From: Chloroflexaceae bacterium
GTDB lineage: Bacteria; Chloroflexota; Chloroflexia; Chloroflexales; Chloroflexaceae
NCBI GenBank assembly: GCA_012032475.1
Contig: JAAUSY010000002.1
Span: 2,106-66,105 of the forward strand
DNA length: 64,000 nt
Direction of reading: 5' to 3'
Below, piece by piece: positions 45,568-53,262 of this stretch. A model generated the notes under the pieces. The model saw only the letters and a program-made list of their open reading frames with translations, had not been told where the DNA came from and made no database searches. The position numbers and the translations under genes are program-made. Position 1 is the stretch's first letter. Each line of letters opens with the position of its first letter.

Positions 45568-47154
45568 TTAGCCGACCAGCAGCGCCCGGTGTTCCAGCCA
45601 CCGGACCTCGCGCTCCAGGTCTTCCAGGCTCCACCCCGCTCCCAGAGCCGCCAGCAGCGCAGCGCGGTCGCGGGTACCATCCAGGTGTTGGAGCAGTGCC
45701 CGCTGCCGCTCGTCCAGGCGCACCCGCTCGTGGAGCAGATTGGTTACCCACGTCTGCTCACGGGACTGCAACCGCGCCAGGGGCCGGGCCGTCGGGAAGT
45801 TCCAGTGGCTCAGGGTGGGAGCAATGGCGGGGGGGTGGGTCGAGAGCTTGAGCAGGCGGGTGCTACAGGTCGCCATCTTGAGCAGGTTAGCCGCGAGAAT
45901 CTGCTCGTCGCGGGGGGTATCCCCCACCGGTGCGGTGGGAGCACCGTATGGGGACGATTCCAGTTCCAGGCGCAAACGCGCTGCGGCAACCAGGTCTGGG
46001 AAGGAGATGGCCCGCGGCCAGATTGCCGCAAGATGTACCATGGCAGCCTTGCTGAGTGGGTGCCCCAGGCCGATGCCCTCGCCGCTGGGGAGCCGAAAGG
46101 TCTCGCTGGCAGCGGAGGAAAGGTCCGGCGAGGACGAGGCCGGGCAGGTGGGTGAGGCGATGAACAGCGAGGCCAACCGTCGGGGACTGAGCGCCCGGTC
46201 CAGGCGGACGGTCGTGCGGCACAGCAGCGTTTCGCGGAAGGTGCGGCCCCGCAGAAAGTCAAGGTACTGCTCGGTATCCACCAGAGGCTGGTGCTTCGCC
46301 ATGGTGCTGAGCGTTGCGGCAACCTGGGGGGGCAGGTTGGATAGCAGCATCCCCGGCAGGTCAGTTTCGGCCAGATATTGCAGCCCGTGAGAGGCCGCCC
46401 GCTCGACAAACTGGGAGAAGGAGAGCGGGGTATTGATCTCGGCCAGTTCGTCGTGGAGAACGAACGCATGCCCCCAGGCTTCATCCTGGGCGCACTTCCG
46501 CTTGAGGAAGTCGCCATAGACCCGCAGCAAGTTGCCATAGGCCTGCTGCTCCGGCGGCACCGATGCGCTCATGAAGTCGAGAAACGCCAGCGCCTTCGCC
46601 ACCTGCTCGACGGGATCGTCGCAATCCCACGTATGGTAGCGCATCATCTCGCGCACCATCGTGAGCATGTGCCAGCCGGGGTAGGTGTTGTAGCTGAGGT
46701 AGGCCACGCCGTTGGGAGCCAGGTGTTCGCGGCACAGGGCAAGGATACGCTCCTGCACCTCAGCGGAAATCCACGAATAGACCCCGTGGGCGATGACGTA
46801 GTCGAAGGGGGCCGTATCACCTTGAAAGTCAGCGTCCATGATATCCTGGTGCCTGAGCGTGATGTTTCCCAGGCCAAGCGCGGCAATGGTCGCCTGCCCT
46901 GCGGCAATCTGGGCACGGGCCGTGTCTATGCCAACAAACGTACTGCCTGGAAGCTGGTCGCCCATGGGAATGAGGTTTGCGCCGTTGCCACAGCCCAGTT
47001 CGAGCACCCGGCACTGCGCAACGGGGGGCGGGGTCATCCCGAAGAGCACCGCCAGCACCGAGAGAAAGGCGGGGTGGGTCTGGGCGTAGGGGTGGCCGGG
47101 GTAGGGGACGGTGTCATAGTTTTTCCGGGGCCGGCTGGTCGAGGTGGTAGTCAT
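45568..47154 (-). CDS. class I SAM methyltransferase fused to a methyltransferase regulatory domain (MethyTransf_Reg type)
   Basis: I use ATG 47154. NYDTVPYPGHPYAQTHPAFLSVLAVLFG, VLELGCGNGANL and the long C-terminal domain are typical of this fusion family. Confidence 0.75.
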   Translation of the reverse strand: MTTTSTSRPRKNYDTVPYPGHPYAQTHPAFLSVLAVLFGMTPPPVAQCRVLELGCGNGANLIPMGDQLPGSTFVGIDTARAQIAAGQATIAALGLGNITLRHQDIMDADFQGDTAPFDYVIAHGVYSWISAEVQERILALCREHLAPNGVAYLSYNTYPGWHMLTMVREMMRYHTWDCDDPVEQVAKALAFLDFMSASVPPEQQAYGNLLRVYGDFLKRKCAQDEAWGHAFVLHDELAEINTPLSFSQFVERAASHGLQYLAETDLPGMLLSNLPPQVAATLSTMAKHQPLVDTEQYLDFLRGRTFRETLLCRTTVRLDRALSPRRLASLFIASPTCPASSSPDLSSAASETFRLPSGEGIGLGHPLSKAAMVHLAAIWPRAISFPDLVAAARLRLELESSPYGAPTAPVGDTPRDEQILAANLLKMATCSTRLLKLSTHPPAIAPTLSHWNFPTARPLARLQSREQTWVTNLLHERVRLDERQRALLQHLDGTRDRAALLAALGAGWSLEDLEREVRWLEHRALLVG

Positions 47155-47182
47155 AGTCAGGTCATAGTCATGGGGAGTTCGG

Positions 47183-48847
47183 TCACCGGACCCGTTCGCG
47201 TTCGGTCCTCGCTTGAGCCGCGCCCTCCGTCGTGGCTCTCTCCGGCTCCGCCTGGTCCATTTCGGTTTCGGTTTCGGCTGCCACCTCATCGGACGAATGG
47301 CCCGGCTGGAGCGCGTTGAGCGCCTCCGAAAGGGCTTCGCGCACGGCGTCGGCTTCGGTTTCGTCTGCCAACCGCTCGGTCAGGGGCGGGATGGCCCGCT
47401 CGTCACCTATCATGCCCAACGTCAGTGCGGCAAAGATGCGCCCCTCCGACGACTCGTGGGTGAGCGCAGCGATGAGCGGCTCAACCGCGGGAGCGCCAAT
47501 CTGGACCAGGGTTGCCATCGCTTTTCGGGCAATCTCCTTGTCCCAGTGCTCGAACATATCAATGAGCGGCTCAATCGCGGGAGGGCCAATCTGGATACAG
47601 CGGTACCAGTCGCCTTTGATGATCCAGTAGGCCGCGCCGGTCGCGTCGGCAGTGGGTTTCCACCCGAAGGCTTCGAGGGTGCCGGCGGCTCCCCACCGCA
47701 CGGCCTCGCTCTGGTGCCTGAGTGCGGCAACAAGCGCTGGCAGGGCCGGCGGGCCGATGTTCATCATGGATTTGTAGGCATGCGCCCGCACATCCCAGTC
47801 GATATCTCGAAAGGCGTGGATAAGCGGCAGCACGGCACCCGGGTCCCGCAACTGGCCGAGCATGATGGCCGAACTTCGGCGCACTTCGGGGTTTTCGTGC
47901 TCCAGCGATGCGACCAGTTCGTGGAGGATGGGGATACCGATTTTGTGCAAGGCTTGAAACGACGCCTGGCGCACCACCGCTTTTTCATGTTTGAGCGCCT
48001 CGATGAGGTCTTCCCCGACTACCTTGCCCATCCGAACGAGGGTCTGGAAGGCCCCCTTGCAAACCTCCTGGTCATCATCCTTGAGGGCCGAAATGAGCGG
48101 CTCCGCGGCAGGCTGGCCGATTGCCACACAGGCATCCCACTGCCTGCGCATCACGTGGTAGGACGCGCCCAGGGTGCTCTGGTCTGGCTGCCACCCCATC
48201 TGCTCCAGGGATTCGAAGATGACGGCCCGCAGGTCTTTCTTGTCCTGGTTCATCTCGTCGTCGGTGGGGGGAACATAGCTCCCATCGCGCTCCCACCCCA
48301 TCCATTCGAGGGTCACAATCCCTGGGTCGCGGATATCCAGGCGGTCGTTGCGGAGGATCTGCGCCAGCGGTTCGATGAGGCGTTCCAACCGCTTCTTCTC
48401 GTCCAGGCGCAAGCCAATATATGCCAGAGATTGGCCGACCGTGCGGTACATGTCTCGGTCGCGGCGCTTGAGGACCATGAGCAGCGACTCAATGGCATAT
48501 TCGTTGCCGACCTTGCCAAGCCCGGTGGCCGCGGCCCGGCGCACCTTGAGCGATTCTTGCTTGAGGGCAAAACTCAGCGGCTCCATGGCATGTTCGGGAG
48601 CCAGCTCCGGCAGAATGAACAAGATCGCCTCGCACAGGTCTTCGTTGCCCCGGCGATAACCATCGTTCATTTCCTGGAGCGTCCGGGTCAGATGTTCGAG
48701 GGCCTGCTCTCCGCCCAGTTCGCCCAGGCCCCTGGCGGCATCAACCTCGACGGACGGGTCCCGTTCGTAGTCCAGCGCCCGGACCAGGGCTGCGATATCG
48801 CGCTTCTGTTTGAGCTTTTCAATATTGGGGCGTCCAAAGAGCAACAT
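47183..48847 (-). CDS. HEAT-repeat protein (PBS-lyase HEAT-like), paralog 1
   Basis: 554 aa. The N-terminus is MLLFGRPNIEKLKQKRDIAALVRALDYERDP. Units of the form VR.AA..LG.IG....PLI.AL recur, along with GW.P......A.YW......W..C..IG.PA..PLI modules. Confidence 0.8.
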   Translation of the reverse strand: MLLFGRPNIEKLKQKRDIAALVRALDYERDPSVEVDAARGLGELGGEQALEHLTRTLQEMNDGYRRGNEDLCEAILFILPELAPEHAMEPLSFALKQESLKVRRAAATGLGKVGNEYAIESLLMVLKRRDRDMYRTVGQSLAYIGLRLDEKKRLERLIEPLAQILRNDRLDIRDPGIVTLEWMGWERDGSYVPPTDDEMNQDKKDLRAVIFESLEQMGWQPDQSTLGASYHVMRRQWDACVAIGQPAAEPLISALKDDDQEVCKGAFQTLVRMGKVVGEDLIEALKHEKAVVRQASFQALHKIGIPILHELVASLEHENPEVRRSSAIMLGQLRDPGAVLPLIHAFRDIDWDVRAHAYKSMMNIGPPALPALVAALRHQSEAVRWGAAGTLEAFGWKPTADATGAAYWIIKGDWYRCIQIGPPAIEPLIDMFEHWDKEIARKAMATLVQIGAPAVEPLIAALTHESSEGRIFAALTLGMIGDERAIPPLTERLADETEADAVREALSEALNALQPGHSSDEVAAETETEMDQAEPERATTEGAAQARTERERVR

Positions 48848-48894
48848 AGCTCACGCTCCCCTTTCCTTTGCCATCCAGCGCAAGAGAACCTGGC

Positions 48895-49812
48895 CTAGCT
48901 CGAACCACGCCACATTTCGCCAGTCTGGATGGCGCTTATGGCTTCGGAGGCAACCTTGCTGACCTCGCGGTCGCGGTCCGAAAGGAGCCGCATCAAGGGT
49001 TGCTCCCCTCGTTTGTCCCCTATCATGCCTAACGCAGTCGCGGCGTACTTTCGCACATGGGGGTGGTCGCTGGTGAGCGCGGCAATGAGCGGCTCGACCG
49101 AGAGGCTCCCCAGCCGCACCAGGGAACCCATGGCCTCGCGGCGCACGGTGGCATCCCAGTGGGTGAGCCGGGCAATGAGGGGAGGGATCGCCGGAGCGCC
49201 GATATCCACACACCGGTGCCATTCTCCCTTGACCATCCAGTAGATGGCGCTGGTTTCGTCTGCACCGGGTTTCCAACCCAGTGCTTCCAGGGTTCCGGCG
49301 GCTCCCCACTTGATTTCGTCGCCCTCGTGGTTGAGCGCGGCCACCAGTTGCGGGATAGCCGATTTCCCTATCCGAACCACCGATTTATAGGCCTGGCCGC
49401 GCACGGTCCAGTCCTGGTCATGGAACATGCCAATCAGCGGCACCACCGCCCGTGGATTGCCAATCTGCCCCAGGATGATGACGATGGCAAGGCGGACCTC
49501 TTCGTTTTCGTCGGCGAGCGCCTCGGTGAGGGGGAGCAGTGCCGAGACCCCAGGCTCACCAGGGCGTGGAATGCGGCCTTGCGCACGTCGGTGCTGGCGT
49601 GTTTGAGCATGGCAATCAGGGACGGAGCAGCGGGGGGGCCAATCTTGACCAGTGAGCGGAACAGGGATGGCCGCACGTCTGGGGGGGAATCTTGTTCGGT
49701 GAGCGCCGCCGCAAGGGGCGGAACCGCCGGCGCACCCACCGCGACGCAGCGTTCCCAATCCTGTCTGACGATCCAGTAGGCAGCGCTGGTTTCGTCCTGC
49801 CCTGGCTGCCAC
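48895..49812 (-). CDS. HEAT-repeat protein paralog 2, C-terminal fragment
   Basis: The meaningful part begins about VSALLPLTEALADENEEVRLAIVIILGQIGNPRAVVPLI. It is joined to the upstream fragment by a shift near the C4 run at 49547-49550. Confidence 0.75.
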   Translation of the reverse strand: MAARAGRNQRCLLDRQTGLGTLRRGGCAGGSAPCGGAHRTRFPPRRAAIPVPLTGQDWPPRCSVPDCHAQTRQHRRAQGRIPRPGEPGVSALLPLTEALADENEEVRLAIVIILGQIGNPRAVVPLIGMFHDQDWTVRGQAYKSVVRIGKSAIPQLVAALNHEGDEIKWGAAGTLEALGWKPGADETSAIYWMVKGEWHRCVDIGAPAIPPLIARLTHWDATVRREAMGSLVRLGSLSVEPLIAALTSDHPHVRKYAATALGMIGDKRGEQPLMRLLSDRDREVSKVASEAISAIQTGEMWRGSS

Positions 49813-50354
49813 CCCACGCGCTCCAGCGCGGTGGCCGTGGCCTGGCGCGTGCGGAGGTCCGGTTCTCGCAGCAGCGCAGCGAGCGGCTCCAGCAGGCGCG
49901 AATGGTAGGCTGCTTCCCCCTCCTTCGCTCCGATGACTGCGCCTATCTGCGCCAGCGCCTGGAATGTTTCGGGAAAGAGGGCCTCGTCTCGCCGCCTGAG
50001 CACCTCCACCAGCGGCTCAATGGCCTGGGAGATGCCCAGGTGCCCCAACCCCGCCACCGCGGCTTTGCGCACGGGCAGTGCCGCGTCGCCAAGCGCCGCC
50101 ATGAGCGCCTCCATCGCCTGGGATGCACCGGATTGCGCCAGTGCCCATGCGGAAGCCTCGCGGATTGGTTCGTCGCCGCGCCTGAGTGCCGCAATCAGGA
50201 CCGCCACTGCCTGGGGGTCTCCGAGGCTGCCCAGCGCCGCCGCCGCAGCCTGACGGACCTCCGGGTCCTTCTGGTAATCAAGGGCCTTGACGAGACCAGG
50301 GATATCGCGCTTTGCCTTCAGTTTTTCGACGTTGGGTGAGCCGAAGAGCGACAT
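49434..50354 (-). CDS. HEAT-repeat protein paralog 2, N-terminal fragment
   Basis: MSLFGSPNVEKLKAKRDIPGLVKALDYQKDPEVRQAAAAALGSLGD parallels paralog 1. Sense is lost after ...KAAFHALVSLG. Confidence 0.75.
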   Translation of the reverse strand: MSLFGSPNVEKLKAKRDIPGLVKALDYQKDPEVRQAAAAALGSLGDPQAVAVLIAALRRGDEPIREASAWALAQSGASQAMEALMAALGDAALPVRKAAVAGLGHLGISQAIEPLVEVLRRRDEALFPETFQALAQIGAVIGAKEGEAAYHSRLLEPLAALLREPDLRTRQATATALERVGWQPGQDETSAAYWIVRQDWERCVAVGAPAVPPLAAALTEQDSPPDVRPSLFRSLVKIGPPAAPSLIAMLKHASTDVRKAAFHALVSLGSRHCSPSPRRSPTKTKRSALPSSSSWGRLAIHGRWCR

Positions 50355-50392
50355 TGCTCATGCTCCTGCTATTCCGAGCCTGATGCTTGTGG

Positions 50393-50599
50393 TTACGATT
50401 CCGTGCGCAAGCTCCCCTCATACACCAGGGACATCGCCTCGCAGCACGTTTCAGTCGCATTGTACAACGCAAGGACGAGTTCGTCTACATACTCCAGTAG
50501 TTCCAACGTTCCTCGTGCCAGATTTTGCTGGTCAGGATTGGCGGCGTGCTGCATCTGCTCGGCAAGTTCCCGAATCTGTTGTTGTTTGTCTTTTTCCAT
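50393..50599 (-). CDS. possible small acidic protein (hypothetical)
   Basis: 68-aa ORF with an ATG start, 39 nt upstream of HEAT paralog 2 on the same strand. It has no clear SD and no recognisable family. Support is weak. Confidence 0.3.
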   Translation of the reverse strand: MEKDKQQQIRELAEQMQHAANPDQQNLARGTLELLEYVDELVLALYNATETCCEAMSLVYEGSLRTES

Positions 50600-50651
50600 A
50601 GGGCTGAAGCAGTCTTCGTCTGGGGAGACTGCTATCCTCCTTTCTTTCTGC

Positions 50652-50683
50652 GTTGTTGTCTGGTTTGGTTGTTGTCTGGTTTG
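50652..50683. repeat. perfect tandem duplication of the 16-mer gttgttgtctggtttg
   Basis: The copies lie at 50652-50667 and 50668-50683, inside the 386-nt spacer. Confidence 0.9.
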
Positions 50684-50985
50684 CTGGTACTTTGTTCAGT
50701 TCAAGCGATGGGGAACAGACTCCGGGACGGACTGAAGCGAAGCTGAGGCTGGTCGGACGGCGCAGGTTTCCAGCGGGGATGAGGCCAAACAAGCAACATG
50801 CCCCTGGAAACCCGGTGCCTGGGGGAGAGAAAACCCGAACCGCGCTCTCCGACGCACTGCACTGTTGTTCACCACCGGCGGCGTCGGAGAGGGGAGAGAA
50901 GCGCCCACGAACCCCCACGCTGTGGTTGGTTCGCCCGGCAACTTCCCTTCCTCCAGATGAAATACCTCGTCTCTCGTTTCAGGTT

Positions 50986-51474
50986 TTAGGCCTTCTCAGC
51001 TTTCTGGGCCTGCGTCACCATCCGTGTCCATTCCATCTGAGCTTCCATGGTCTTCTGGGCGGTCTCCTGCCAGACCTGAACGATTTTCTGAAGCTCGTCG
51101 GTATTCCAGTTTTTCGCCATCGCGGTCGGGTCCGATTTCTTCATCGTCTCAAACCAGTTGTCCCACAGCTGGCTCTGCGTTTCCGCCCAGCGCTTCGTCA
51201 TTTCCAGCATCTGGTTGGACCACTCGGCGGCAGGTTTGCCAACCCCCGACCCGGAGGTGACGCTCTCTACCCAGAACTGGGTCCACCGGGTCTGGGCATC
51301 CAGCGCTCGCTTCACCGAGTCTTTCCAGGTGTCAACAGATTTTTCCCACGTTTCGCCTGCCTGAGAGGTCCCAATAGTCTGCATGGTCTTGAACCAGCTA
51401 TCCCACATCTGCTGCTGTGAAGTAGTCCAGGTCTTGAGCATGTCTTCCGCTTGCTTATTCCAATCCACCAACAT
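50986..51474 (-). CDS. Trp-rich helical repeat protein (phasin/PhaE-N-like flavour, hypothetical)
   Basis: W-x-rich periodic helices are present (WNKQAEDMLKTW, QQMWDSWFKTMQ, ETWEKSVDTWKDSV, TRWTQFWVESV, SQLWDNWFETM). The start is ambiguous among GTG 51504, ATG 51474 and GTG 51468. GAGGAGG lies at 51481-51475. Confidence 0.6.
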   Translation of the reverse strand: MLVDWNKQAEDMLKTWTTSQQQMWDSWFKTMQTIGTSQAGETWEKSVDTWKDSVKRALDAQTRWTQFWVESVTSGSGVGKPAAEWSNQMLEMTKRWAETQSQLWDNWFETMKKSDPTAMAKNWNTDELQKIVQVWQETAQKTMEAQMEWTRMVTQAQKAEKA

Positions 51475-51886
51475 CCTCCTCACGAATACAAAACTTCCAT
51501 CCACCTGAGACTCTATTATACAACCATCTGCCTGGTCGGTTGTTGTGGGGTGTCGCCGTTGCTTGTCGTCATCGTTGCGTGTGGTTGTCGGTTATCGTTT
51601 CAGGTGCCACGAACGCCACTGGCGCTGGCGTCTGGTTGGATTATACGGCGCGGGTGGTACAGGGTAGTTACAGGCCGGCGCGGGTGCGGGAGTTGCCATC
51701 TGGACGGAGGAGCGGAAATTGGAGATGCCCCCGTTCGAGCCGCCTGGGATGAGCCGCGGTGAAGACTCACCAGAATTATGGTAGAATAACTATCAATGAA
51801 CTAACCATCAATCAATGGCCGGGGCACCGCCCTGGGAGTTGTCACCTGATAGGACGGGATAAACCCCCGTCGGAGGAACATGTGGT

Positions 51887-53143
51887 ATGCCTGACCCATC
51901 GGTTTCGTATCTCCTGGAAAAAGCGGCCGCCGGTGAACGCCTCTACTTCGAAGAAGGCTTGACCATCTATCGGCAGGCCGGCTTGCTCGAACTGGGTATG
52001 GCCGCCAGGGCCGCCCGCCAACTGCGGGTGCCAGGCAACATTGTGACCTATCTGGTAGACCGAAACATTAACTATACCAACGTCTGTGTCACTAACTGCC
52101 AGTTCTGTGGATTCTACCGTTCGCCTCACCACCCCGAAGCCTACGTGACCTCGCGGGAGGAGCTATCCCAGAAGATAGAGGAATTGATCGCCTGGGGCGG
52201 GACCCGTATTTTGCTCCAGGGAGGCCACCACCCGGACCTCCCGCTCACGTGGTATACCGACCTGCTGCGGTGGCTGCGCGAAACCTACCCGACCATTGAG
52301 CGCGATTGTTTCAGCCCTTCGGAGATTGCGAATATGGCGAAGCTGAGCGGACTCAGCGTGCGCGAGGTGCTCAACGAGCTTCAGGACGCCGGGTTGCAGG
52401 GGTTGCCCGGCAGCGGGGCCGAAATCCTTGACGATGAGATACGCCACCGCTTTTCCCCGAAAAAGCTGAAGACGGATAGCTGGCTGTCGGTCATGCGCGA
52501 GGCGCAAACCCTGGGACTGAACACCTCGGCGACCATGGTCATCGGCTTCGATGAACAGTTTGAACACCGCATGCGCCATCTCCAGCGCATCCGCGACCTC
52601 CAGGATTATAGCCTGCGCGAGCACGGAAACGGCTTCATCGCCTTTATTTCCTGGACGCTCCAATATAGCGAACTGGTCAATTTGCGCCAGAATACGTTCA
52701 AGAACCGCTACGGGCTGACCCCCCACGACTACCTGCGCCACGCGGCGGTGGCCCGGCTGTTCCTCGACAACGTGCTCCACCACCAGGTGAGCTGGGTCAC
52801 GCAGGGGCCGAAGGTCGGGCAAGTGGCGCTCGAATTTGGCCTGGACGACTTCGGTAGTACGATGTTGGAGGAAAATGTCGTGGCTGCGGCAACGCATGGG
52901 ACGCGCCCCTGTATGCTGGAGGAAGAGATCCACGAACTGATCCGGAATGCAGGCTATGTTCCGGCCAAGCGCGACACCAGCTATGGCATCGTCCGGATTT
53001 TTGATGCGGACGAGATGGAGATGGAGGACGAGGTGGAGAACCACGAGGACCGGTCACTTGCGACCGCTGTTGCTGGTGTTTCGACGCTTCCAGCCGGAAG
53101 AGGTACACCAGGACACGAGCCAGTGTCGGCGCATCTCCCGTAA
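51887..53143 (+). CDS. radical SAM enzyme of the futalosine menaquinone pathway (MqnC/MqnE family)
   Basis: VDRNINYTNVCVTNCQFCGFYR provides the CxxxCxxC cluster. GGTRILLQGGHHPDL, GLPGSGAEIL and SATMVIGF are also present. I cannot distinguish MqnC from MqnE by eye. The acidic C-terminal tail is unusual. Confidence 0.8.
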   Translation: MPDPSVSYLLEKAAAGERLYFEEGLTIYRQAGLLELGMAARAARQLRVPGNIVTYLVDRNINYTNVCVTNCQFCGFYRSPHHPEAYVTSREELSQKIEELIAWGGTRILLQGGHHPDLPLTWYTDLLRWLRETYPTIERDCFSPSEIANMAKLSGLSVREVLNELQDAGLQGLPGSGAEILDDEIRHRFSPKKLKTDSWLSVMREAQTLGLNTSATMVIGFDEQFEHRMRHLQRIRDLQDYSLREHGNGFIAFISWTLQYSELVNLRQNTFKNRYGLTPHDYLRHAAVARLFLDNVLHHQVSWVTQGPKVGQVALEFGLDDFGSTMLEENVVAAATHGTRPCMLEEEIHELIRNAGYVPAKRDTSYGIVRIFDADEMEMEDEVENHEDRSLATAVAGVSTLPAGRGTPGHEPVSAHLP

Positions 53144-53262
53144 TACCACGGAACTACAGAGGGTCCGGTACTGATGTACTATAGCCTTTTCTCCTGGAGA
53201 TGGTACAATAGAACCATCTAAGCGGGAGTCAGCAACGACCCGAAGATATCAGCCGAGGTTAT

